Below, in pieces: positions 1-14,425 of a stretch of 64,000 nucleotides of DNA. The notes under the pieces were generated by a model. It worked only from the letters and a program-made list of their open reading frames with translations, was not told the DNA's origin and did no database searches. The stretch covers positions 135,346,001 to 135,410,000 of the forward strand of contig OZ024744.1 in assembly GCA_964016885.1 (NCBI GenBank). The letters run 5' to 3'. The stretch is from Eledone cirrhosa. Its lineage: Eukaryota. Position numbers and translations under genes: made by a program. Within the stretch, counting starts at the first letter, position 1. Each line of letters starts with the position of its first letter.

Positions 1-1798
1 TAAGTTGGGGTTAAGTTAAGTTGGGGTTAAGTTGAGTTGGGGTTAAGTTAAGTTGGGGTTAAGTTAAGTTGGGGTTAATTTAAGTTGGGGTCAAGTTAAG
101 TTGGGGTTAATTTAAGTTGGGGTTAAGTTAAGTTGGGGTTAAGTTAAGTTGGGGTTAAATTAAGTTGGGGTTAAAATAAGTTGGGGTTAATTTAAGTTGG
201 GGTTCAGTTAAGTTGCGGTTATGTTAAGTTGGGGTTAAGTTAAGTTGGGGTTAAGTTAAGTTGGGGTTAAGTTAAGTTGGGGTTAATTTAAGTTGGGGTT
301 AAGTTAAGTTGGGGTTAAGTTAATTTGTGGTTAAGTTAAGTTGGGGTTAAGTTCAGTTGGGGTTAAGTTCAGTCGGGGTTAAGTTAAGTTGGGGTTGAGT
401 TAAGTTGGGGTTAAGTTAATTTGGGGTTGAGTTAAGTTGGGGTTAAGTTAAGTTGGTGTTAAGATAAGTTGGGGTTAAGTTAAGTTGGGGTTGAGTTATG
501 TTGGGGTTGATTTAATTTGGGGTTAAGTTAAGTTGGGGTTAACTTAAGTTGGGTTTAAGTTAAGTTGGGTTTAAGTTAAGTTGGGGTTAAATTAAGTTGG
601 GGTTAAGTTAAGTTGGGGGTAAGTTAAGTTGGGGTTAGTTAAGTTGCGGTTAATTTAAGTTGGGTTTAAGTTAAGTTGGGGTTAATTTAAGTTGGGGTTA
701 ATTTAAGTTGGGGTTAAGTTAAGTTGGGGTTAAGTTAAGTTGGGGTTAAGTTAAGTTGGGGGTAAGTTAAGTTGGGGGTGAGTTAAGTTGGGTTTAATTT
801 AAGTTGGGGTTAAGTTGGGCTTAAGTTAAGTTAGGGTTAAGTTAAGTTGGGGTTGAGTTAAGTTGGGGTTAAGTTAAGTGGTGGTTATGTTAAGTTGGGG
901 TTAAGTTAATTTGTGGTTAAGTTAAGTTGGGGTTAAGTTCAGTTGGGGTTAAGTTAAGTTGGGGTTAAGTTAAGTTGGGGTTAAGTTAAGTTGGGGTTAA
1001 GTTAAGTTGGGGTTAAGTTAAGTTGGGGTTAAGATAAGTTGGGGTTAAGTTAAGTTGGTGTTAAGATAAGTTGGGATTAAGTTAATTTGGGGTTAAGTTA
1101 AGTTGGGGTTAAGTTAAGTTGGGGTTAAGTTAAGTTGAGGTTAAGTTAAGTTGGGGTTAAATTAAGTTGGGGTTAAGTTAAGTTGGGGTTAAGTTAAGTT
1201 GTTGGTTAATTAAATTGGGTTTCAGTTAAGTTGGGGTTAAGTTAAGTTGGGGTTAAGTTAAGTTGGTTAGTTAAGTTGAGTTTAAGTTAAGTTGGGGTTA
1301 AGTTAAGTTGGGGTTAATTTAAGTTGGGGTTAAGTTAAGTTGGGGTTAAGTTAAGTTGGGGTTCAGTTAAGTTGGGGTTAAGTTAAGTTGGGGTTAAGTT
1401 GGGGTTAAATTAAGTTGGGGTTAAGTTAAGTTGGGGTTAAGTTAAGTTGGGGTTAAGTTAAGTTGGGGTTAAGTTAAGTTGGTTAGTTAAGTTGAGTTTA
1501 ATTTAAGTTGGGGTTAATTTAAGTTGGGGTTAAGTTAAGTTGGGGTTAAGTTAAGTTGGGGTTAAATTAAGTTGGGGTCAAGTTAAGTTGGGGTTAAGTT
1601 AAGTTGGGGTTCAGTTAAGTTGGGGTTAAGTTAAGTTGGGGTTAAGTTGGGGTTAAATTAAGTTGGGGTTAAGTTAAGTTGGGGTTAATTTAAGTTGGGG
1701 TTAAGTTAAGTTGGGGTTAAGGTAAGTTGGGGTTAAGTTAAGTTGGGATTAAGTTAAGTTGGGGTTAAGTTAATTTGTGGTTAAGTTAAGTTGGGGTT
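1..1798 (+). repeat. 16 bp tandem satellite (TTAAGTTAAGTTGGGG)n, G-rich strand on +
   Basis: Continuous 16-mer copies with scattered point variants; each unit carries TTGGGG. Confidence 0.97.
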
Positions 1799-2072
1799 AA
1801 CCCCAACTTAACTTAACCCCAACTTCACTCAACCCCAACTTAACTCAACCCCAACTTAACTTAACCCCAACTTCACTCAATCCCAACTTAACTCAACCCC
1901 AACTTAACTTAACCCCGACTTAACTTAACCCCAACTTAACTTAACCCCAACTTAACTTAACCCCAACTTAACTTAACCCCAACTTAACTCACACCCAACT
2001 TAACTTACCCCCAACTTAACTTAACCCCAACTTGACTTAACCCCAACTTAACCTAACCCCAACTTAACTTAA
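1799..2072 (-). repeat. Same 16 bp satellite in inverted orientation (CCCCAACTTAACTTAA)n
   Basis: Strand switch at GGGGTT|AACCCC, followed by about 17 reverse-complement units. Confidence 0.95.
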
Positions 2073-5000
2073 CTTTAGACGTAGACTTAAACCCCAACCC
2101 CAAGCCTTAGGTTTAGACTTAAACCCCAACCCCAATCCTTAGACTTAGACATAAACCCCAACCACAAGCATTAGACTTAGACTTAAACCCTAACACCAAG
2201 TCTTAGATTTAAACCCTAACCCCAAAACTTAGACTTAAACCCGAACCACAAGCCTTAAACTTCCACTTAAATCCCAACCCCAAGCCCTAAACTTAGACTT
2301 AAACCCCAACCGCAATTCTTAGACTTCGACTTAAACCCCAACCACAAGCCTTAGAATTAGACTTAAACCTCAAACCTAAGCCTTAGACTTAGACTTAATC
2401 CTCAACCTAAAGCCTTAGAATTAGACTTAAACCCCAACCCCAAGCTTTAGACTTAGATTTACACACCAACCCCAAGCCTTAGACTTAGATTTAAACCTCA
2501 ACCCAAAGCCTTATACTTAGACTTAAACCCCAACACCAGGCCTTAGATTTAATCCCTAACCCCAAGACTTAGACTTAAACCCCATCCCCAAGTCTTAGAC
2601 TTCGAATTAAATCCCAACCTCAAGCCTTTGACTTAAACTTAAACCCAACCCCAATGCCTCCGACTTAGACTTAAAACCCCAACGCCAAGCCTTAGATTTA
2701 GACTTGAACACCAACCCCAAGCCTTAGACTTAGACATGAGCCCCAACTCCTAGCCTTAGACATAACCTTACATCCCGACCGCAAGCCTTAGACTTACATT
2801 TAAATCCCAACTCTAAGCCTTAGACTTAGACTTAAACCCCAACCACAAGACTTAGACGTAGACTTAACACCGAACCACAATTCTTAGATTTAAACCCCAA
2901 CCCCAAGCCTTAGGCTTAGACATAAACCCCAACCACAAGACTTAGATTTAGACTTAAACCTCAACCCAAAGCCTTAGACTTAGACTTAAACCCCAATCTC
3001 AAGCCTTAGACTTAGACTTAAACCCAAACCCAAAGTCTAGACTTGGACTTAAAACCAACCCCAGGTTTTAGATTTAGACTTAAACCCTAAGCCCAAGCCT
3101 TAGACTTAAACATAAACGCCAAGCCTTAGCTTTAGACTAGAACCACATCCCCAAGCCTTAAACTTAGATTTAAACCCTAACACGATGCCTTAGAGTTAGA
3201 CGTACACCCCAACCACAAGTCTTAGACTTAGACTTAAACCCCAACACCAAGCCTTTAGACTTAGACTTAAACTCAAACCCAAATCCTTAGACTTGGACTT
3301 AGACCCCAACCGCAAGCCTTAGACATGAACCACAACCCCAAGCCTTTGACTTAGACTTAAACCCCAACCCCAAGCCTTAGATTTAAACCCGAACCCCAAG
3401 CCTCAGGTTTAGACTTAAACCCGAACCCAAAGCCTTAGACTTAGACATAAAGCACAACCACAAGCATTAGACTTAGACTTAAACCCCAACACCAAGCCTT
3501 AGATTTAAGCCCTAACCCCAAGACCTAGACTTGAACCCCAACCCCAAGCCTTAGACTCAGACTTGATATCCAAATCCTAGCCTTAGACTTAACCTTAAAT
3601 GACAAACCCAAGCCTTAGACTTACATTTAAATCCCAACCACAGGCCTAAGGCTTAGACTTAAACCACAACACCAAGCAGTAGACTTAAACACTAACCCCA
3701 AGCCTTAGATCTAAACCCCAACACAAGCCTTAGACTTAGACTTAAAACCCAATCCCAAGCCTTTGAATTAGACTTGATCCACAACTCCTAGCATTAGACT
3801 CAAACTTAAACCCAAACCACAAGCCTTAGACTTAGAAATAAACCCCAACCACAAGCCTTAGAATTAGACTTACACCTCAAACCTAACCCTTAGACTTAGA
3901 TTTAAACCTCAACCTAAAGCATTAGAATTAGACTTAAACCCAAACCCAAAGCCTTAGACTTGGACTTAAACCCCAACCCAAGCCTTAGATTTAGACTTAA
4001 ACCCGGACTCCAAGCCTTAGACTTAGATGTAAATCCCAACCACAGGCATTAGACTTAGAATTAAACCCCAACACCAAGCCTTAGATTTAAACACTAACGC
4101 CAAGACTTAGACTTAAACCCCAACCCCAAGCCTTAGACTTAGATTTAGACACCAACCCCAAGCCTTAGACTTAGATTTAAACCTCAACCCAAAGCCTTAG
4201 ACTTAGACTTAAACCCCAACACCAAGCCTTTGACTTAGACTTAAACCCCAACGCCAAGCCTTAGATTTAGACTTGAACCCCAACTCCTAGCCTTAGACTT
4301 AACGTTACATGCCGACTGCAAGCCTTAGACCTTCATTTAAATCCCAACCTCAAGTCTTAGACTTAGACTTAAATCCCAACCCCAAGCCTTAGACTTAGAC
4401 TTAAACCCCAACCACAAGGCTTAGACATAGACTTAACCCCGAACCACAAGTCTTAGAATTAAACCCCATCCCCAAGCCTTAGGCTTACACATAAACTCCA
4501 ACCACAAGACTTAGCCTTAGACTTAAACCAAACCTCAACCCAAAGCCAGAGACTTAGACTTAAACCCCAATACCAAGCCTTAGACTTAGACTTAAACCCA
4601 AACCCAAAGTCCTAGACTTGGACTTAAACCCTAAGCCCAAGCCTTAGACTTAAACATCAACCCCAAGCCTTAGCTTTAGACTTGAACCACAACCCTAAGC
4701 CTTAAACTTAGATTTAAACCCTAACACAATGCTTTGGAGTTAGACATACACCCCAACCACAAGTCTTAGACTTAGACTTAAACCCCAACCCCTAGCCGTA
4801 GACTTAGACATGAACCACAAACCCTAGCCTCAGACTTAGACTTAAACGCGAACCCCAAGCTTAGACTTAAACCCGAACCCCAGGCTTAGACTTAAAACCC
4901 AAAGCCAAGCAATTGACTTAGAATTAAACCTGAACCCAATGCCTTAGACTTAGAGTTAAACCACAACCACAAGCATTAGACTTAGACTTAAACCTCAACA

Positions 5001-8000
5001 CCAAGTCTTAGATTTAAACCCTAACCCCAAGACTTAGACTTGAACCCCAACCCCAAGCCTTAGACTTAGACTTGACACCCAAATCCTAGCCTTAGACTTA
5101 ACCTTAAACCCCAAACCCAAACCTTAGACTTACACTTAAATCCCAACCCCAGGCCTTAGGCGTAGACTTAAACCACAACACCATGCATTAGACTTAAACA
5201 CTAACCCCAAGCCTTAGATTTAAACCCCAACTGCAAGCCTTAGACTTAGACTTAAAACCCAACCCCAAGCCTTAGACTTAGACTTGAACCACAACTCCTA
5301 GCATTAGACTCAAACTTAAACCCCAACCACAAGTTTTAGACTTAGACTTAAACCCCAACCGCAAGGCTTAGACATAGACTTAACTCCGAACCACAAGCCT
5401 TAGACTTAAACCCCAACTCCAAGCCTTAGACTTAGATGTTAACCCGAATCCCAAGCCCTTGACTTAGACTTAAACCCGAACCACAAGCCTTAGACTTAGA
5501 TTTAGACCCCAACCCCAAGCCTTAGACTTAGATTTAAACCTCAACCCAAATCCTTAGACTTAGACTTAAACCACAACGCCCAGCTTTATACTTAGTCTTA
5601 AACCCCAACCCGAAGACTTATGCTTAGACTTAAACCTCAACCCAAAGTCTTAGATTTAGATTTAAACATCAACTCAAAGCCTTCAGACTTAGATAAACCC
5701 CAACCCCAAGCCTTAGACTTAGATTTAAACCTCAACACAAAGCCTTAGACTTAGACTTAAACCCCAACCCCAAGCCTTAGACTTAGACTTAAACCCAAAC
5801 CCAAAGCCTTAGACTTGGACTTAAAACCCTACCAAGCCTTAGATTTAGACATACACCCCAACGCCAAGCATTAGACTTAGACTTAAACCCCAACCCCAAG
5901 CCTTAGACTTAGACTTAAACTCAAGCCCAAATCCTTAGACTTGGAATTAAACCCCAACCCGAAGCCTTAGACTTGGACTTAAAACCCTACCATGCCTTAG
6001 ATTTAGACATACACCCCAACCACAAGCATTAGACTTAGACTTAAACCCCAACCCCAAGTCTTAGACTTAGACTTAAACTCAAACCCAAATCCTTAGACTT
6101 GGACTTAAACCCCAACCCGAAGCCTTAGACTTGGACTTAAAACCCTACCATGCCTTAGATTTAGACATACACCCCAACCCCAAGCATTAGACTTACACTT
6201 AAACCCCAACCCCAAGCCTTAGATTTAAACCCTAACCCCAAGACTTAGATTTAGACTTAAACCCAAACACAAGCCTTAGACTTAGACTGAAACCTGAACC
6301 CAAAGCCTTAGACTTAGACATAAACCAAAACCACAATCATTAGACTTAGATATAAACCCCAACACCAAGCCTTAGATTTAAACCCTAACCCCAAGACTTA
6401 GACTTGAACCCCAACCCCAAGCCTTAGACTTAGACTTGAGACCCCAATCCCAGCCTTAGACTTAACCTTAAACCCCAAACCCAAGCCTTAGACTTACATT
6501 TAAATCCCAACCTCAGGCCTTAGGCTTAGACTTAAAGCACAACACCAAGCATTAGACTTAATCCCTAATCCCAAGCCTTAGATTTAAACCCCAACACCAA
6601 GCCTTAGACTTAGACTTAAACCCCAAGCCCAAGCCTTAGACCTAGACTTGAACCACAACTCCTAGCATTAGACTCAAACTTAAACCCCAACCACAAGCCA
6701 TAGACTTAGACTTAAACCCCGACCGCAAGGCTTAGACATAGACTTAACTCCCAACCCAAGCCTTAAACTTACACTTAAAGCCCAACCACAAGTCTTAGGC
6801 TTCGACTTAAACCCCAACCACAAGCCTTAGAATTAGACTTAAACCTCAAACCAAAGCCTTAGACTTAGACTTAAATCTCAACATAAAGCCTTAGTCTTAG
6901 ACTTAAACCCAAACACAAAGCCTTAGATTTAGACTTAAACCCCAATCCCAAGCCTTAGACTTAGATTTAGACCCCAACACCAAGCCTTAGCCTTAGATTT
7001 AAACCTTAACCCAAATCCTTAGACGTAGACTTAAACCCCAACGCCAAGCTTTACACTTACTCTTAAACCCCAACCCCTAGACTTAGGCTTAGACTGAAAC
7101 CCAAACCCAAGCCTTAGTCTTAGACTTAAACCCCAACTCCAAGCCTTAGCATGAAACCCTAACCCCAAGCTTTAGACTTAAACCCCAACCCCAAGCCTAA
7201 GACTTAGATTTAGACCCCAACCCCAGCCTTAGATTTAGACTTAAACCCCAACCCAAGCCTTAGACTTAGACATAAACCCCAACCACAAGCCTTAGACTCA
7301 GACTTCAACTTCAACACAAAGCCTTAGACTTAGACTTAAACCCCAAACCCAAGCCTTAGACTTAGACTTAAATCCAAACCCAAAGTCCTAGACTTGGACT
7401 TAAAACCCAACCCCAAGTCTTAGACTTAGACTTAAACCCTAAGCCCAATACTTAGACTTAAACATCAACCCCAAGCCTTAGCTTTAGACTTGAACCACAA
7501 CCCTAAACCTTAAACTTAGACTTATACCTCAACCACAAGGCTTAGACATAGACTTAACCACGAACCACAAGTCTTAGACTCAAACCCCAACCCCAAGCCT
7601 TAGGCTTAGACATAAACCACAACCACAAGACTTAGACTTAAACTTAAACCCAACGCCAAGCCTTAGACTTAGACTTAAACCCAAACCCAAAGTCTTAGAC
7701 TTGGACTTAAACCCCAACCCCAAGCCTTAGATTTAGACTCAAACCCTAACACAATGCCTTAGACTTAGGCATAGACACGAACCACAAGTCTTAGTCTTAG
7801 ACTTAAACCCAAACCCCAAGCCTTAGACTTTGACTTAAACTCAAACACAAATCCTTACGCTTGGCCTTAGACCCCAACCACAAGCGTTAAACTTAGACAT
7901 GAACCCCAACTCCTAGCATTAGACTTTAACTTAAACCCGAACCCCAAGCCTTAGACTTAGACTTAAACCCGAACCCAAAGCCTTAGATTAGACATAAACC

Positions 8001-11000
8001 ACAACCACAAGCATTAGACTTAGACTTGAACCCGAACCACAAGGCTTAGACTTAGATTTAAACCCGAACAACAAGATTTAGATTTAGACTTAAAACCAAA
8101 CACAAAGTCTTAGACTTGAACTTAAACCCCAACCCCAAGCTTTAGACTTAGCCTTAACCACCAACTCCAACCCTTAGACTTAAACTATAACCCCAAGCCT
8201 TAGACTTAAACCTCAACCCCAAGACTTAGACTTAGACTTAAAGCCAAACCCAATGCCTTACACTTAGACTTAAACCAAACCACGAGCCTTAGGCTTAGAT
8301 TTAAACTCTAACGCCAAGACTTAGATTCAGACATAAACCCCAACCACAAGCCTTAGACTTAGACTTAAACCCCAACACCAAGCCTTAGATTTAGACTTAA
8401 ACCCCAACTCCAAGCCTTAGTCTTAGATATAAACCCCAACCACAAGCATTAGACTTAGAATTAAACACTAACCCCAAGATTTAGACTTAAACCCCAAACC
8501 CAAGCCTTAGACTTAGGTTTTGACACCAACCCCAAGCCTTAGACTTAGATTTAAACCTCAAGCCAAAGCCTTAGACTTAGACTTAAACCCCAACACCAAG
8601 CTTTAGATTTGATCCCTAACCCCAAGACATAGACTTAAACCCCAACCCCAAGGCTTAGACTTAGACTTAAACCCGAACTACAAGCTTTAGATTTAGACTT
8701 AAAACCAAACCCAAAGCCTTAGACTTGGACTTAAACCCCAACCCCAAGCTTGAGACTTAGCATTAAACACCAACTCCAAGCCTGAGACTTAAACCTAAAC
8801 CCAAGCCTTCGACTTAAACCTCAAGCCCAAGACTTAGATTTAGACATAAACCCCAACCACAAGCCTTAGACTTAGACTTAAACCCCAACACCAAGTCTTA
8901 GAATTACACTTAAACCCAAACCCAAAGCCTTAGACTTAGACGTTAACACGAATCCCAAGCCTTCGACTTGGAGATAAACCCGAACCACAAGCCTTAGACT
9001 TCGACTTACATCCCAACTCCAAGCCTTAAACTAAGACATAAACCCCAACTACAATTCTCAGGCTTCGACTTAAACCGAACCACAAGCTTTAGATTTAGAC
9101 TTAAAACCAAAAACAAAGCCTAAACTTGGAATTAAACCCCAACCCCAAGACTTAGATTCAGACATAAAGCCCAACAACAAGCCTTAGACTTAGACTTAAA
9201 CCCCAACTCCTAGCATTAGACTTTAACTTAAACCCGAACCCCAAGCATTAGACTAAGACTTAAACCACAAGCCCAAGCCTTAGATTTAAACCGTAACCCA
9301 AATACTTAGACTTAGACTTAAACCCCAAACCGAAGCCTCAGACTTAGACTTAAACCCGAACCCCAAGCCTTAGACTTAGACTTAAATCCGAACCCAAAGC
9401 CTTAGAATTAGTCATAAACCAGAACCACAAGCATTAGACTTAGAATTAAATCCCAACCCCAAGCCTTAGACTTAGACTTGAACCCCAACTCCTAGCATTA
9501 GTCTTTAACTTAAACCCGAACCCCAAGGCTTAGACTTAGACTTAAACCCGAACAACAAGCTTTAGATTTAGACTTAAAACCAAACCCAAAGCCTTAGACT
9601 TGGACTTAAACCCCAACCCCAAGCTTTAGACTTAGCCTTAAACACCAACTCCAAGCCTTAGACGTAAACTATAACCCCAAGCCTTAGACTTAAACCTCAA
9701 CCCCAAGCCTTAGAGTTAGACTTAAAGCCAAACCCAATGCCTTACACTTAGATTTAAACCAAACCACAAGCCTTAGGCTTAGATTTAAACTCTAACGCCA
9801 AGACTTAGATTCAGACATAAACCCCAACCACAAGCCTTAGACTTAGATTTAAACCCCAACACCAAGCCTTAGAATTAGACTTAAACCCCAACCCCAAGCC
9901 TTAGATTTAGACTTAAACCCCAACTACAAGCCTTAGTCTTAGATAAAAACCCCAACCACAAGCATTAGACTTAGAATTAAACCCCAACACCAACACTTAG
10001 ATTTAAACACTAACCTCAAGCATTAGACTTAGATTCAAACCTCAACCCAAAGCCTTAGACTTAGACTTAAAACCCAACACGAAGCTTTAGATTTAATTCC
10101 TGACCCAAGACATAGACTTAAACCCCAACCCGAAGACTTAGACTTCGATTTAATTCCCAACCTCAAGCATTAGACTTAGACTTAAACCCAACCGCAATGC
10201 CTTAGACTTAAACTTAAACCCCAACTCTAAGCCTTAGACTCAGATTGAAACCCTAACCCCACGCCTTAGACTTAGACATAAAGCCCAACAACAAACCTTA
10301 GATTTAGACTTGAACCCCAACCCCAAGCCTTAGACTTAGACATGAGCCCCAACTCCTAGCCTTAGACTTAACCTTACACCCCAACCGCAAGCCTTAGACT
10401 TACATTTAATTCCCAACCCCAAGCCTTAGACTTAGACTTAAATCCCAACCCCAAGCATTAGACTTAGAATTAAACCTCAACCACAAGGCTTAGACATAGA
10501 GTAAACCCCGAACCACAAGTCTTAGACTTGGACTTAAACCCCAATCCCAAGCCTTAGATTTAAACATAAACCCAAGCCTTAGCGTTAGACTTGAACCCCA
10601 ACCCTAAGCCTTAAACTTAGTTTTAAACCCTAACACAATGCCTTGGACTTAGACATACACCCCAACCACAAGTCTTAGACTTAGACTTTACCCCCAACCC
10701 CAAGCCTTAGACTTAGACATGAACCCCAACTCCTAGCATTAGACTTTAACTTAAACCCGAACCCCAAGCATTAGACTAAGACTTAAATAACAAGCCCAAG
10801 CCTTAGATTTAAATCCTAACCCCAAGACTTAGATTTAGACTTAAACCTCAAACCAAAGCCTCAGACTTAGACTTAAACCCTAACCCAAAGCCTTAGACTT
10901 AGACTTAAACCCGAACCCAAAGCCTTAGATTAGACATAAACCAAAACCACAAGCATTAGACTTAGATTTAAATCCCAACCCCAAGCCTTAGACTTAGACT

Positions 11001-13014
11001 TGAACCCAAACTCCTAGCATTAGACTTTAACTTAAACCCGAACCAGAAGCTTTAGATTTAGACTTAAAACCAAACACAAAGCCTTAGACTTGGACTTAAA
11101 CACCAACCCCAAGCTTTAGACTTAGCCTTAAACACCAACTCCAAGCCTTAGACTTAAACTCTAACGCCAAGTCTTAGTCTTAGATATAAACCCCAACCAC
11201 AAGCATTAGACTTAGATTTAGACACCAACCCAAGCCTTAGACTTAGATTTAAACCTCAACCCAAAGCCTTAGACTTAGACGTAAACCCCAACACCAAGCT
11301 TTAGATTTAATCCCTAACCTCAAGACATAGACTTAAACCCCAACCCCAAGTCTTAGACTTCGATTTAAATCCCAACTCCAAGCATTAGACTTAGACTTAA
11401 ACCCAACCGCAATGGCTTAGACTTAAACTTAAACCCCAACTCTAAGCCTTAGACTCAGATTTCAACTCTAACCCCACGCCTTAGACTTAGACATAAAGCC
11501 CAACAACAAGCCTTAGACTTAGACTTAAACCCCAACGCCAAGCCTTAGATTTAGACTTGAACCCCAACCCCAAGCCTTAGACTTAGACATGAGCCTTAGA
11601 CTTAAACTTACACCCCAACGGCAAGCCTTAGACTTACATTTAAATCCCAACCCCAAGCCTTAGACTTAAACTTAAATCCCAACCCCAAGCCTTAGACTTA
11701 GAATTAAACCTCAACCACAAGGCTTAGACATAGACTTAACCCCGAACCACAAGTCTTAGACTTGGACTTAAACCCCAGCCCCAAGCCTTAGACTTAGACT
11801 TAAACCCAAACCCAAAGTCTTAGACTTGGATTTAAACCCCAAGCCCAAGCCTTAGATTTAGACATAAAGCCGAACCCAAAGCCTTAGTCTTGGACTTAAA
11901 ACCCAACCCCAAGTTTTAGACTTAGACTTAAAACCTAAGCCCAAGCCTTAGATTTAAACATAAACCCAAGCCTTAGCGTTAGATTTGAACCCCAACCCTA
12001 AGCCTTAAACTTAGTTTTAAACCCTAACACAATGCCTTGGACTTAGACATACACCCCAACCACAAGTCTTAGACTTAGACTTAAATCCCAACCCCAAGCC
12101 TTAGACTTTGACATGAACCCCAACTCCTAGCATTAGACTTGAACCTAAACCCGAACCCCAAGCATTAGACTAAGACTTAAACCACAAGCCCAAGCCTTAG
12201 ATTTAAACCTTAACCCCAATACTTAGACTTAGACTGAAACCTCAAACCCAAGCCTCAGACTTAGACTTAAACCCGAACCCAAAGCCTTAGATTAGACATA
12301 AACCACAACCACAAGCATTAGACTTAGATTTAAATCCCAACCCCAAGCCTTAGACTTAGACTTGAACCTCAACTCCTAGCATTAGACTTTAACTTAAACC
12401 CGAACCCCAAGGCTTAGACTTAGACATAAACCCGAACCACAAGTCTTAGATTTAGACTTAAAACCAATCCCAGAGCCTTAGACTTGGACTTATACCCCAA
12501 CCCCAAGCTTGAGAATTAGCCTTAAACACCAACTCCAAGCCTTAAATCATAAACCCAAGCCTTAGACTTAAACCTCAACCCCAAGCCTTAGACTTAGACT
12601 TCAATCCAAACCCAATGCCTTACACTTAGACTTCAACCCAGTCACAAGCCTTAGCCTTAAACCTCAACCCCAAGACTTAGATTTAGACATAAACCCCAAC
12701 CCCAAGCCTTAGACTTAGACTTAAACCCCAACACCAAGTCTTAGAATTAGACTTAAACCCAAACCCAAAGCCTTAGACTTAGACGTTAACCCGAATCCCA
12801 AGCCTTTGACTTAGACATAAATCCGAACCACAAACCTTAGACTTCGACTTACAACCCAACCCCAAGCCTTAAACTTAGACATAAACCCCAACCACAATTC
12901 TCAGGCTTCGACTTAAACCCCAACCTCAAGACTTAAACCTCAAACCTAAGCCTTAGACTTAGACTTAAACCTCAACCTAAAGCCTTAGAATTAGACTTAA
13001 AACCAAACCCAAAG

Positions 13015-13234
13015 TACACACATCTAGGACCACATACAACACACAAGCAGGTAATACATACAGCTGGGACCACATGCAATATATAAGAAGGTAATACACA
13101 TACATCTAGGACTACCTACAACACACAGGCAGGTAATACATACATCTAGGACCAAATACAACACACATTGTTATATGTGCAAGGACGACGCAAGAGCAAT
13201 GGTCGGCCAACATAAGGGTTTCGTCACTCTTCTG
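13015..13234. repeat. Non-satellite island: ~40 bp minisatellite (about 3.6 copies) plus ~65 bp unique sequence
   Basis: CATCTAGGAC-type units start at 13021, 13061, 13103 and 13143, then unique TGTTATATGTGCAAGGACG...; the satellite resumes at about 13235. Confidence 0.85.
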
Positions 13235-14372
13235 AAGACTTGGACATAAACCCCAACCCCAAGCCTTAGATTTAGACTTAAACCCCAACTCCAAGTCTTA
13301 GACTTAGATATAAACCCAAACCACAAGCATTAGACTTAGAATTAAACCCCAACACCAAGCCTTAGATTTAAACACTAACCCCAAGACTTAGACTTAAAAC
13401 CCAACCCCAAGCCTTAGACTTAGATTTAGACACCAACCCCAAGTCTTAGACTTCGAATTAAATCCCAACCCCAAGCCTTAGACTTACACTTAAACCCCAA
13501 CTCCAAGCCTTAGACTTAGATATAAAGCACAACAGGCCTTTGACTTAGACTTAAATCCCACAGCCAAGCCTTAGATTTAGACTTGAACCCCAACCATAAG
13601 CCTTAGACTTAGACATGAGCCCCAACTCCTAGCCTTAGTCTTAACCTTACACCCCGACCATAAGCCTTAGAATTAGACTTAAACCCCAACCCCAAGCCTT
13701 AGGCTTAGACATAAACCCCAACCACAAGACTTAGACTTAGACTTAAACCTCAACCCAAAGCCTTAGACTTAGATTTAAACCCCAACAGCAAGCCTTAGAT
13801 TTAGACTTAAACCCAAACCTAAAGCCTTGGACTTGGACTTAAACCCCAACCCCAAGCCTTAGGCTTAGATTTAAACCCTAACCCGAAGACTTAGATTTAG
13901 ACATAAACCCCAACCACAAGCCTTAGACTGAGACGTTAACCAGAATCCCAAACCTTCGACTTAGACTTAAAACCGAACCACAAGCCTTACACTTAGATTT
14001 AGTCCCCAAGCCCAAGCCTTAGACTTAGATTTAAACCTCAACGCAAATCCTTAGACTTAAACCCCAACCCCAAGCTTTACACTTAGTCTGAAACCCCAAC
14101 CCCAAGACTTAGGCTTAGACTGAAACCCAAACCCAAGCCTTAGTCTTAGACTTAAACCCCAACACCAATACTTAGATTTAAACCCTAACCCCAAGACTTA
14201 GACTTAAACCCCAAATAAAGCTTTAGACTTATACTTAAACCTCAAACCCAAGCCTTAGACTTAGATTTAAACCTCAACACAAAGCCTTAGATTTAGACTT
14301 AAACCCCAACCCCAAGCCTTAGACTTAGACTTAAATCCAAACCCAAAGCCTTAGACTTGGACTTAAACCCCA

Positions 14373-14425
14373 ACCCTAACAATAACCCTAACCCTAACGC
14401 TAACCCTAACCCTAACCCTAATCCT
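14373..14425 (-). repeat. Interstitial canonical telomeric tract (TTAGGG)n, about 8 imperfect units
   Basis: ccctaacaataaccctaaccctaacgctaaccctaaccctaaccctaatcc. Confidence 0.85.
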
